Shown here piece by piece: positions 1 through 9,146 of a DNA stretch of 64,000 nt. The notes below the pieces were generated by a model. That model was not told the origin of the DNA. It worked only from the letters and a program-made list of their open reading frames with translations, and did no database searches. Positions within the stretch are counted from its first letter, which is position 1. Every line of letters begins with the position of its first letter. Made by a program: the position numbers and the translations under genes. Source of the stretch: an uncultured Spirochaetota bacterium (lineage in GTDB: Bacteria; Spirochaetota; Brevinematia; Brevinematales; JAOACQ01); assembly GCA_963768055.1 (NCBI GenBank), contig CAVYGN010000002.1, positions 736,001 through 800,000 of the forward strand. Reading direction: 5' to 3'.

Positions 1-190
1 CACCACCTATGTAAACAGTTTTTACCGGGCCTGTTTCGCGATGTAATTTTTTAAAAAGGTCTATCTCGCCGAAAAGCGCTGTAATATATGATTCGATCGA
101 ATTCTTTTCGGGTTTGAAGCCGCTTATGAAGTTGCAATAAGAACATTTCTGCCTGCAATATGGCAGGTGAACATATATGGAAAAGGGCAT
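1..190 (-). CDS. hemW: Radical SAM HemW/HemN-like protein, 5' part only (runs off window)
   Basis: Reverse strand from ATG at 190 reads MPFSIYVHLPYCRQKCSYCNFIS: YxHxPxC plus the CxxxCxxC radical SAM motif; starts 2 nt after the glf stop. Confidence 0.85.
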   Translation of the reverse strand, partial: MPFSIYVHLPYCRQKCSYCNFISGFKPEKNSIESYITALFGEIDLFKKLHRETGPVKTVYIGG

Positions 191-192
191 TC

Positions 193-1305
193 TCAAACAA
201 ACTTTTCAAATGCTTTCAATGCGTTAAAAATAGCCATATCCATATTATAATAGCCGTATGTAGCCAGACGGCCTAAAAAGAGCACATTTCCCTTTTTTTT
301 GCCTTCATTTTCGTACTTTTTATAGAGTTCCATATTTTCATCTTTCGGGACCGGGTAATAAGGGATATCTATTTCTATATCGCATGGTTTAGAATACTCT
401 TTTATTATTGTGGTTGAAGCACTTTTTTGGCCTGTAAGGCGTTTGAATTCGGTTATTCTTGTAAAGCGGTAATCATTCGGATAATTTACAACCCCAACCT
501 CCTGAAAATATTCAATATTAAGGTGGGACCATTCGAAGTCGAGAGACCTGTACGGCAGCTTTCCGAATTTGAAATCGAAATAGGAATCAATTGGGCCGGT
601 GAAGACAAGTTTATCGTATTCTATTTCCTTCTTTATGTCGTTAAAAGATGTGTTCAGCATTATCCTTATACCCGAATTATTGAGAAGTTTTTCAAATATC
701 GGGGTAAAACCTCCTACCGGCATTCCCTGGTAGGGATCCTGGAAATAGCGATTGTCCTTGCTTATAAATACCGGTACTCTTCCCGTTACGGATGGAGACA
801 GTTCATCAGGCCGTAAGTCCCACTGTTTTATCGTATAATTCAAAAATACCTTTTCATATACATATTCAGCAAGGAATTTAAGGTCCTTGTCCTCTGATTT
901 CCTCAACTCAAGAATGGTTATCTTTTTTCCGAAACCATAGGTTTCGATTAGTTTTTTCTCCAGTTTTTCTGCAAATGTCTGCGGAAACAGGGCATGAAGC
1001 GTGTTGAGATTGAACGGAATCGGCACTTTCTTACCCTCGATCAGGCCCAGGACTTCATGATGATAAATATTCCAATTCGTGAAAGGCGCAAGATATTTCC
1101 ATACCTCAACCTGGTTTGTATGGAAAATATGGGGGCCGTAAACTTGTATAAGAATTCCATCCTGATCATATTTATCGAAAACATGCCCTCCTATATGGTT
1201 GTGGGCTTCAACAATAAGAACGCTTTTCTTTAATACGCGGGAAATTCTTTCCGCCATTACGCAGCCTGAAAAACCTGCTCCGACAATGCAGTAATCAAAT
1301 TTCAT
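193..1305 (-). CDS. glf: UDP-galactopyranose mutase
   Basis: IVGAGFSG FAD motif, YGPHIFHTN, YFQDPYQGMP, TRITEFK, GRLATYGYYNMD. Confidence 0.95.
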   Translation of the reverse strand: MKFDYCIVGAGFSGCVMAERISRVLKKSVLIVEAHNHIGGHVFDKYDQDGILIQVYGPHIFHTNQVEVWKYLAPFTNWNIYHHEVLGLIEGKKVPIPFNLNTLHALFPQTFAEKLEKKLIETYGFGKKITILELRKSEDKDLKFLAEYVYEKVFLNYTIKQWDLRPDELSPSVTGRVPVFISKDNRYFQDPYQGMPVGGFTPIFEKLLNNSGIRIMLNTSFNDIKKEIEYDKLVFTGPIDSYFDFKFGKLPYRSLDFEWSHLNIEYFQEVGVVNYPNDYRFTRITEFKRLTGQKSASTTIIKEYSKPCDIEIDIPYYPVPKDENMELYKKYENEGKKKGNVLFLGRLATYGYYNMDMAIFNALKAFEKFV

Positions 1306-1315
1306 ACTTTACCCC

Positions 1316-2323
1316 TTATACTTCAACTTTCCTGAGATATTCTGCATTTTCTTCGGGGATGCTCGGATTTATGAACATGCCCGATCCCAGCTCGAATCCA
1401 GCCTGTCGTGTAAGTCGTGGCACTATTGTTATATACCAGTGAAAAAAGCTTGAGTTAAGGTAACCTTTCGGGGCCCCTCGAACTATGAAGTTGTAATCGG
1501 GATCGTTGACCCCGAAATATAATTTTCTCAAAGCCTGTCTCAGAATAGAAGCGGCCTCCGAGAGTTCGTCATCCGTTACCTGCAGTATGGAAGAGGCATG
1601 TCTTTTAGGAAACAGCCACATGGCGAAAGGCGAATAAGCGGCGTAAGGGACGAATACAGTGAAATTAGGGGAATCGATTACTACCCTTTCCCCGGATTCG
1701 AGTTCGCTTTTCAGGACACGGCAGAAAATGCATTCCCTGTGTTCCTCATGGAATCTTATGCTTTCGTTCATACGTTCAATGATATCTCTGGGTATGATCG
1801 GAAGCGCTATAATTTGCGAATGAGGATGGATGAGGGATGCGCCTGCCCTTGTCCCATGATTTCTGAAGGGTATGACCGATTCGACATAAGGGAGTTCAAA
1901 TAAATTTAAATTACGCTGCCGGTAAGTTTTTAAAATATCAATTACATTTGGCAACTCCATTGTCGCCATTGTCAGGTTATGCCTCGGATTCTCTACCAGG
2001 ACTTCATGGTTTCCTATACCGTCCATCCATCGGAAATATCCTGATGTGTTAAGGTCGATGCCATTCTCAGGCGGCGCTAATGCAGGGAATTTATTCGGTA
2101 CTACGCGCATTTTCCAGTTATCTTTATCGCCAAGCCTGTAAAATTCCTCAATGTTGCCGGATTTTTTTTCATTGCCAGGGCAGAATGGGCAATCCGGGTC
2201 GTAATCAGGGATGGCGTATTCAGAAATATTCTTGTCCTCTCTAAGCTGTTCAGGCCTCTTTGCCCTTTCGGTTGCAATAATCACCCATTCTTTTAACACA
2301 ATATTCTGGCGAAGCTGCGGCAT
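1316..2323 (-). CDS. galT: Galactose-1-phosphate uridylyltransferase
   Basis: WVIIATERAKRP, CPFCPGNE, VVPNKFPAL, GASLIHPHSQ (HPH catalytic motif); GGAGG RBS upstream. Confidence 0.93.
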   Translation of the reverse strand: MPQLRQNIVLKEWVIIATERAKRPEQLREDKNISEYAIPDYDPDCPFCPGNEKKSGNIEEFYRLGDKDNWKMRVVPNKFPALAPPENGIDLNTSGYFRWMDGIGNHEVLVENPRHNLTMATMELPNVIDILKTYRQRNLNLFELPYVESVIPFRNHGTRAGASLIHPHSQIIALPIIPRDIIERMNESIRFHEEHRECIFCRVLKSELESGERVVIDSPNFTVFVPYAAYSPFAMWLFPKRHASSILQVTDDELSEAASILRQALRKLYFGVNDPDYNFIVRGAPKGYLNSSFFHWYITIVPRLTRQAGFELGSGMFINPSIPEENAEYLRKVEV

Positions 2324-2429
2324 AAAACCTCCTTGACCGATTTATTATAAATTGCATTTTAAAAAAATCAAAAGATTTTTATATAGTTATGGACGATTCT
2401 ACGGGGGGTGCAAGCATAGGGCAAACATT

Positions 2430-2458
2430 TTGCTTTAGCATAGAATCCATGATAAAAT
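2430..2458 (+). promoter_or_regulatory. Putative sigma70 promoter for tRNA-Thr and downstream genes
   Basis: TTGCTT-N17-TAAAAT with a TGn extended -10. Confidence 0.55.
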
Positions 2459-2467
2459 ATTAATTGT

Positions 2468-2523
2468 GGGGGCTTCTAACTCTTCGGCCCTGCGGGCATA
2501 AACCCTTCGGATAGGAAGCCCCC
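2468..2523. repeat. Structured inverted-repeat element (REP-like), related to 43085-43119
   Basis: Arms GGGGGCTTC / GAAGCCCCC enclose GCCC-TGC-GGGC and two CTTCGG; shares CCTTCGGATAGGAAGC with the copy at about 43100. Confidence 0.55.
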
Positions 2524-2535
2524 GATAATCAAAAT

Positions 2536-2608
2536 GCCACCGTAGCTCAGTTGGTAGAGCAATTGATTCGTAATCAATGGGCCAGCGGTTCAATCCCGCT
2601 CGGTGGCT
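2536..2608 (+). tRNA. tRNA-Thr (CGT)
   Basis: Cloverleaf: GCCACCG/CGGTGGC acceptor, GCTCAGTTGGTAGAGC D arm, ATTGA-TTCGTAA-TCAAT anticodon arm, TTCAATC T loop; CCA not encoded. Confidence 0.97.
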
Positions 2609-2668
2609 TTTTTATCCCTTGCCGGATCACTAAATTTGTTGTATTGTTTTATTAAGGATGATTATTAA

Positions 2669-3331
2669 ATGGGAAATATATCTTTTGAAACTGTAATATA
2701 TTTTGTACTCTATGCAATTCTTTTTATTTACAGTATTATTTTTCATGAGATAATGCATGGGGTAGCCGCTTATATATTCGGTGATGATACGGCAAAGAGG
2801 GCGGGAAGGATTACGCTTAATCCGGTCCCTCATATAGATCCTATAGGCAGTATATTACTGCCGGCCGTAGGTTTCCTGTTCAAGATTATTTCCGGCGCAA
2901 GCATTATCATCGGATGGGCAAAACCCGTACCTGTAAACCCTTACAATTTTACCCATAGAAGATGGGGTGAAATTACAGTGTCTCTGGCCGGGGTAAGTGC
3001 CAATTTTATTATGATAATAATAATGCTGTTCCTTTTTACAAAAACAGGATACCCGGTTTTCTTCGATGTTGCGGCTACGAATTTCTTTTTAATTTATCTT
3101 AATATCCTTCCCATACCCCCGCTGGATGGGTATAACTTTGCCGTTAATATTCTGCCTGCGGGTATTTCACGTTATATAACCGGTTTTGTAAGGGGGAGGG
3201 AAACAATGTTCCTCGGTATTTTATTTTTGATTTTTGCCACACCAGCAGGCCGGTTTATATTTACACCAGCGGCATATATTTTCGAAGGATTGGCGCGATT
3301 TTTACTTAATATTATGGGTTTTAGAGGGTGA
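2669..3331 (+). CDS. Site-2 protease family (M50) intramembrane metalloprotease
   Basis: HEIMH (HExxH), GDDTAKRAGRITLNP, GWAKPVPVNP, NILPIPPLDG. Confidence 0.92.
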   Translation: MGNISFETVIYFVLYAILFIYSIIFHEIMHGVAAYIFGDDTAKRAGRITLNPVPHIDPIGSILLPAVGFLFKIISGASIIIGWAKPVPVNPYNFTHRRWGEITVSLAGVSANFIMIIIMLFLFTKTGYPVFFDVAATNFFLIYLNILPIPPLDGYNFAVNILPAGISRYITGFVRGRETMFLGILFLIFATPAGRFIFTPAAYIFEGLARFLLNIMGFRG

Positions 3332-3332
3332 A

Positions 3333-5225
3333 ATGAATAAAGCGTTCCTTTTTATTTTTCTCTTTCTCTTATTATCTTCATTTCTTTATTCACAAAAGGC
3401 AATCGATAACCCGGATGAGAAGACTGAAATGACATTTGCCGAAGCTGTAATGTTATCTACGGAGGGGGATTATGACAATGCGATCCTAAAATACCAGGAT
3501 CTCCTGTCGAATCAGATAAAGGATAAATATGTATATTATTCTCTCCTGGAAACTTACAGTCTGAAAGCGGGAAAGGCGCAGATGACCTCAGATGAGGAAT
3601 CACTTAAAGCCTTGTATAAGGAAGAAATGAATTATTCGAAAGAGGCCCTGGGGTTGTATACGAACGACAGGAGGCTTTTATATTTCTACGCTGATTCGGT
3701 ACGTAACCTTGGATTGGCCGATGAATATATTTCTGTCCTTCAAGAAATTCTTGCGATAGATAATTTTGACGTTTTTGCGAATTATTATATAGGCGATTAT
3801 TATTTTATTAATAAACAATATGATCAGGCCGCATTTTATTTTCAAAAGGTCCTTACCGCAACGGAAGAGGATAAAGAATTCGACTTGATGGCAAAATACA
3901 GGGCTTTTTATTCCCTTGGAATAATTTCAATTATCGGAGGGGACTATCAATACGCAATTCAATACCTGGAAAAGGCAAAAAACATATATTCGAAAGATTA
4001 TGAATTGATCAAAACAATAGCGTTGACTTACGCCGGGATACTGGAATTCGATAAGGCTTTAGAAAATTTCGATATTATCCCTGACTCATATAAAAGTGAA
4101 GACACCCTCGATATTTACTACGGTGTATTATTTGCAAAAGACCAGAAATTACTGAAAAATAACCCGGACAAAATAAATGATAAATCGCATTATTTATCTG
4201 CACTGGATTACTTTTTAAAAAAGAAATACAGCGATTCAATAAAAGAATTGGACGCCTCGGTTTCTGAAAAAAAGGTCCTTGATTATTACCTGCTCTTTCT
4301 CTATTATCTTGATTACAAATATGCCGGTAATAAGGAAAAAATGTACCAATATGCATTTTTATTGGGAAATAAAGCAAGAGATGTCGGAAAAATCGACACG
4401 GCTATCGGCTATTATAAGATCCTTCTGGGGAGCAAAAATTCAATACCATCGATATACTGGCTCATCGGTTCCCTTTTTGACGATAAAAACGATTACGCAA
4501 ACGCTATCGTTTATTACAATAAATATTTGAACAGCAAGGATGGGGACGAATATAAAATACAGGCCCTTATTAGAATATCTGATATGTACTACAGACAGAA
4601 GAATTTTGTCACAGCGGACAAGATGCTTAATAAAGCTAAAACAGGAGCCGTAAAAAAAAGCGACCAGTTTCAAGTCTATTTTTATTCCGGACTTATCCAG
4701 TTTGAAAGCAAGATGTACTCAAACGCAGTAATTGATTTCAATGAAGCAATGAAAGCGGATGAAAAGGAATCCAGATTATATTATTTTCTTGGTGCAAGTT
4801 ATTTTGAGCTTCAAGACTATGATAAAGTCATACAGATACTTGAAACCGGTATAAAATATGACAGCCGCAGTCCTGAAATCAACAATCTGCTGGCTTATGC
4901 TTACTCTATTGAAAAAGTCAAACTGGATGATGCTGTCAGGCTGATAAATATGTCCCTGTTAATGCAGCCCGAAAATATAGCTTATCTGGATACCCTTGGC
5001 TGGATTTATTTCCAGAAAGAAGATTTTAAGAAGAGCTATGAAATTTTTAATCATATTATAGACTTGCTTGAAAGGGGGAATAAACTTGATGGCCTGGATG
5101 AGATTTATTACCATATCGGGATGATCCTTGAAAAAATGGGTAATAAAGAAGAAGCGATGGGCTATTATTCGACGGGTTTAAAGATAAATCCATCGAACGA
5201 CATGATCAAAAACAGAATGAAATAA
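3333..5225 (+). CDS. Secreted multi-TPR protein
   Basis: Signal peptide MNKAFLFIFLFLLLSSFLYS; many TPR-like helices; C-terminal NNLLAY..AYLDTLGWIYF motif; start moved to ATG 3333. Confidence 0.85.
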   Translation: MNKAFLFIFLFLLLSSFLYSQKAIDNPDEKTEMTFAEAVMLSTEGDYDNAILKYQDLLSNQIKDKYVYYSLLETYSLKAGKAQMTSDEESLKALYKEEMNYSKEALGLYTNDRRLLYFYADSVRNLGLADEYISVLQEILAIDNFDVFANYYIGDYYFINKQYDQAAFYFQKVLTATEEDKEFDLMAKYRAFYSLGIISIIGGDYQYAIQYLEKAKNIYSKDYELIKTIALTYAGILEFDKALENFDIIPDSYKSEDTLDIYYGVLFAKDQKLLKNNPDKINDKSHYLSALDYFLKKKYSDSIKELDASVSEKKVLDYYLLFLYYLDYKYAGNKEKMYQYAFLLGNKARDVGKIDTAIGYYKILLGSKNSIPSIYWLIGSLFDDKNDYANAIVYYNKYLNSKDGDEYKIQALIRISDMYYRQKNFVTADKMLNKAKTGAVKKSDQFQVYFYSGLIQFESKMYSNAVIDFNEAMKADEKESRLYYFLGASYFELQDYDKVIQILETGIKYDSRSPEINNLLAYAYSIEKVKLDDAVRLINMSLLMQPENIAYLDTLGWIYFQKEDFKKSYEIFNHIIDLLERGNKLDGLDEIYYHIGMILEKMGNKEEAMGYYSTGLKINPSNDMIKNRMK

Positions 5226-5331
5226 ACCCTTTTTAATCAATTTCCTGCAGATTTATACCACAAATCTTGATTAATATAAATTAGCCCTTAAAATAATGGG
5301 TATAGCATGGAGATATGGTGTTGAGGAATAT

Positions 5332-6894
5332 ATGAAACCGATATTTCTAAAATTTCCTTCAGGAAAGATTTTTACTGTCTTGACTGATATGTCAAGGACA
5401 AGGGACATGGAAAGGTGTGTGATCCTCTTTTTTACAGAAAATAAAATGGTAAAATATTTTGATATTGATACTTCTATTATCAAAGATAAATTTATCGCGT
5501 TTTATTCGTCTCCTACAAGGGAAGGAGTGGAACATATTACAAAAAACGATGGATTTTATTATATATGTCTTTGTGCGGCGGCTCAAATAAGGAAATTTTT
5601 CAATGAAAAAATTTTCCCGCTGCTTGACTCCGGTGAAAAAACCGACTTCATAATACTTTCGGAAGAGATGTCGATAAAAAAGGATTATTTTGAAATTCCG
5701 GATGAATTCTGTCCACTATTTTATATAATTTCGAACAATCAACTGGTTCCTGTGTCGTATTCTCCTTTTTCGTATAACAAAATCGAGATTGCGGGCGAGA
5801 AGCATCATAAAGAGTTATTATCCTTAGGAAATGAAAAAGATTTTACAATTTCATATCTCCAGGAAGGCGGGATAACGATTTCGCCCAATTTCGGAGAACT
5901 TGATAATTTATATGAAATCGACGCGATGGATATTCTGGTTAATTCAATAATGGGGCATGGTAAATTTAAAAATATCACGGTTTTGAAAGATTATAATAAT
6001 TATTCGATGATTTCAGATTACACAAGAAAATTTCCAAACGTTAAAAATGTCTATCATGCATTCGCGCATATGTCCAACGTTCTTTTTGACAATGATATCA
6101 TTGAAGAAAAAAGTATAGGCATAGTTTATGACAGCATCAGTTATGATGACAGCGACCAGATAAGGGGCGGAGAAATCCTTTACGGCAATATAGGGAACAT
6201 TGATATTATTGGCGGTTGGAGACCGCTGCCCCTTCCTGGCGGCGATATAGCAAACATCGAACCCTGGAGGATAGTACTCGCTGTTCTGAGGGAAGTCACC
6301 AAGGGAGGGCTTTCTTCTGTTAAGCTGCCTCTGGTTCAGAGCATAAGGGACAATCAGAATTATAGATATATTTATGATGCGATCGACCAGGGTATTATAA
6401 GCTATTCGCTTTCATCAAGCATGCATCATATAATCGCGGCTTTAGGGGAGGTAATTTCTTACAAAGAGTCTACATATAACTTCGAATATTTTGAGAATAT
6501 GATGGATAATACTATTATAGAAAAATGCGAAGGTACATATTACGATATACCCATTATTGAAGAGGATGGGATATATCTTTTGGATACCTATGACCTTTTC
6601 AGGCATGTCGTAGAATCATTGAGTGCTGGTCAAGAACCAATTTCACTGGTCTGCAATATTATAGTAAGCATAGCCAAAGCGACTGCCAAACTTACAGATA
6701 AATTATCTAAAATTTACAATGAAAATAAAATATCTTTAGCCGGTGAATATTTCAAGCATCCGCATTTATTGTCGCTGCTTTATACGGAGCTTGAACAAAA
6801 GGGCTATCAACTGTATCTTCCAAGAAAGATACCGATCGATGACAGCGGCATTTCCGTCGGACAACTGTTATTTCATTACTACGAAAATTTATAG
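5332..6894 (+). CDS. Divergent HypF-like protein (Kae1-like C-terminal domains; no acylphosphatase or Zn fingers seen)
   Basis: SPNFGEL, YHAFAH, GIVYDS..GGEIL, PLPLPGGD..EPWR, IPIDDSGISVGQ match HypF C-terminal motifs in order; start chosen after GAGGA RBS. Confidence 0.75.
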   Translation: MKPIFLKFPSGKIFTVLTDMSRTRDMERCVILFFTENKMVKYFDIDTSIIKDKFIAFYSSPTREGVEHITKNDGFYYICLCAAAQIRKFFNEKIFPLLDSGEKTDFIILSEEMSIKKDYFEIPDEFCPLFYIISNNQLVPVSYSPFSYNKIEIAGEKHHKELLSLGNEKDFTISYLQEGGITISPNFGELDNLYEIDAMDILVNSIMGHGKFKNITVLKDYNNYSMISDYTRKFPNVKNVYHAFAHMSNVLFDNDIIEEKSIGIVYDSISYDDSDQIRGGEILYGNIGNIDIIGGWRPLPLPGGDIANIEPWRIVLAVLREVTKGGLSSVKLPLVQSIRDNQNYRYIYDAIDQGIISYSLSSSMHHIIAALGEVISYKESTYNFEYFENMMDNTIIEKCEGTYYDIPIIEEDGIYLLDTYDLFRHVVESLSAGQEPISLVCNIIVSIAKATAKLTDKLSKIYNENKISLAGEYFKHPHLLSLLYTELEQKGYQLYLPRKIPIDDSGISVGQLLFHYYENL

Positions 6895-6949
6895 GCAGAT
6901 ATTTACTAAAGCCATATAAAAATTAGCGCTATTATCGAGGAGGCCTCCT

Positions 6950-8662
6950 GTGGTCTTGAATGGAGCGAGAATATTAATAGAAAGCCTGAAAAAAGAGGGA
7001 GTCGATACTATTTTCGGATATCCCGGGGGGGTTGTAATTCCCCTTTTTGACGAATTATATGATGAGAATGATATAAGGCTCATTCATGTAAGGCATGAAC
7101 AGGGTGCTGCGCATATGGCTGACGGTTATGCGAGAGCGACCGGGAAAGTCGGCGTATGCCTTGCAACAAGCGGCCCGGGCGCCACTAATCTTGTAACCGG
7201 AATTGCAACTGCATATATGGATTCTATCCCTATTGTGGCGATTACAGGGCAGGTTGTCACATCGATGATCGGCAGCGACGCTTTTCAGGAGGCAGATATT
7301 ACGGGAATTACCAGGCCGATTACAAAACACAATTATCTGGTAAAGGATGTAAACGACCTCGCCGAAGTGATAAAAGAGTCTTTTTATATAGCGGCCACCG
7401 GAAGGCCCGGCCCGGTACTTATAGATATACCCAAGGACGTCTTTACAGGTAAAACCGAGTTTGAATATCCTTCAAAAGTAGCTCTCAGGGGTTACAATCC
7501 CAATGTCAGGGTGCACAAGGGCCAGATAAAAAAAGCAATGGAATTGATCGAATCGGCAAAAAAGCCCCTGATTTACTTTGGGGGAGGGGTGATTTTAAGC
7601 AATGCTTCTAAAGAGTTGACTGAATTTGTGAAATTGACTGGCATTCCCTGTACGGCGACCCTCATGGGTCTCGGCGCCTATCCGGTAAATAAGGATGACC
7701 CTCTTTACCTCGGGATGCTGGGTATGCATGGCACAGCTTACGCTAATTACGGCGTGCATCATTCCGATCTTATAATTGCCGTAGGGACAAGGTTCGATGA
7801 CCGGGTTACCGGCAGGATCGATGATTTTGCGCCGGGCGCCCGAATAATTCATATCGATATTGACCCTACTTCAATAAGTAAAACGGTTATTGTCGATGTT
7901 CCGATAGTCGGAGATGCTAAGAGCGTTCTAACGGAAATGATCAAATCGGCAAAACCCCTTAAAATTGACGAATGGATAAAACAGATAATAGACTGGAAAA
8001 AAAACCATCCCTTAACTTATCAGCAGAGCAGTGAAGAAATAAAGCCGCAGTATGTTATACAAAAGTTAAGTGAATTAACAAAAGGAAACGCCATTATCGC
8101 TACAGATGTGGGGCAGCATCAGATGTGGACATGCCAGTATTTCGATTTTAAAAGTCCGCGAACTTTTTTATCTTCAGGCGGCCTGGGTACGATGGGATAC
8201 GGATTGCCTGCGGCGATAGGCGCAATGGCCGGCATGAAAAACAAACTGGTTATAGATATAGCCGGAGACGGATCGATCCAGATGAATATTCAGGAGCTTG
8301 CCACGGCTAAAAGCCATGATATTAATGTAAAGGTTATAATAATGGATAATTCTTATTTGGGAATGGTCAGGCAATGGCAGGAATTGTTTTATAATAAGCG
8401 ATACTCAGCAGTGCTTCTTGAAAAACATGATCATAATAAGTCAACCGGGGAATACTATCCGGATTTTGTAAAAATAGCTGAGGCTTACGGGTTCTGGGGG
8501 AAGCGAGTTAATAAACCTTCAGAACTGGAATCGGCTATAAAAGAAATGATTTCTTTTGACGGCCCCGCCCTGCTCGATGTGATTATAACAAGGGAAGAAA
8601 ATGTTTACCCAATGGTGCCCCCTGGAGCTAGCCTGACTCAGATGATTGGAGGTCTGGCATGA
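6950..8662 (+). CDS. ilvB: Acetolactate synthase large subunit
   Basis: IFGYPGG, RHEQGAAHMADGYAR, TSGPGATN, GDGSIQMN TPP motif, LGMVRQWQ. Confidence 0.97.
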   Translation: MVLNGARILIESLKKEGVDTIFGYPGGVVIPLFDELYDENDIRLIHVRHEQGAAHMADGYARATGKVGVCLATSGPGATNLVTGIATAYMDSIPIVAITGQVVTSMIGSDAFQEADITGITRPITKHNYLVKDVNDLAEVIKESFYIAATGRPGPVLIDIPKDVFTGKTEFEYPSKVALRGYNPNVRVHKGQIKKAMELIESAKKPLIYFGGGVILSNASKELTEFVKLTGIPCTATLMGLGAYPVNKDDPLYLGMLGMHGTAYANYGVHHSDLIIAVGTRFDDRVTGRIDDFAPGARIIHIDIDPTSISKTVIVDVPIVGDAKSVLTEMIKSAKPLKIDEWIKQIIDWKKNHPLTYQQSSEEIKPQYVIQKLSELTKGNAIIATDVGQHQMWTCQYFDFKSPRTFLSSGGLGTMGYGLPAAIGAMAGMKNKLVIDIAGDGSIQMNIQELATAKSHDINVKVIIMDNSYLGMVRQWQELFYNKRYSAVLLEKHDHNKSTGEYYPDFVKIAEAYGFWGKRVNKPSELESAIKEMISFDGPALLDVIITREENVYPMVPPGASLTQMIGGLA

Positions 8663-9135
8663 TAAAATATACCCTATCCGTTCTTGTAGAGAACCACTTT
8701 GGTGTACTTGCCAGGGTATCGGGGCTGTTTTCCGCAAGGGGATATAACATATCCAGCCTTGCGGTTGCCGAAACGGAAGATCCGAGCGTGTCAGTAATGA
8801 CTATTGTTGTAGACGGCGACGAGAGGGTAATCGATCAGGTGAAAAAGCAGTTGAACAAGCTTGTCGATGTAATAAAGGTTAAGGACCTTACTGAACAAGG
8901 GCATGTTTCGAGAGAACTGGCCCTTGTGAAAGTGGTTGTCGATTCGATTAAAAGAAGGGAAATAATAGAAATAGCTGACGTATTCAAGGGCAGGATCGTT
9001 GATATTTCCCATGATTCGCTTACAATCGAGGTTACTGGAGATTCATATAAAATCGATGCGATAATAGGGCTGCTGAAGGTTTATGAGATAAGAGAATTAG
9101 CCAGGACGGGCAGGGTAGCTTTATTACGGGGTTAG
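8659..9135 (+). CDS. ilvN: Acetolactate synthase small subunit
   Basis: LSVLVENHFGVLARVSGLFSARGYNI ACT domain; ATGA overlap with ilvB. Confidence 0.96.
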   Translation: MIKYTLSVLVENHFGVLARVSGLFSARGYNISSLAVAETEDPSVSVMTIVVDGDERVIDQVKKQLNKLVDVIKVKDLTEQGHVSRELALVKVVVDSIKRREIIEIADVFKGRIVDISHDSLTIEVTGDSYKIDAIIGLLKVYEIRELARTGRVALLRG

Positions 9136-9146
9136 GTACTAAGGAA

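Noticed and set aside
193..1305. Functional link between glf (galactofuranose synthesis) and the YtfQ-like transporter
   Set aside because: They are over 50 kb apart, and the transporter is explained by its arabinose context
5332..6894. Calling this a functional hydrogenase maturase hypF
   Set aside because: Lacks recognisable acylphosphatase and Zn-finger domains, glycine motifs are substituted, and there is no hyp context
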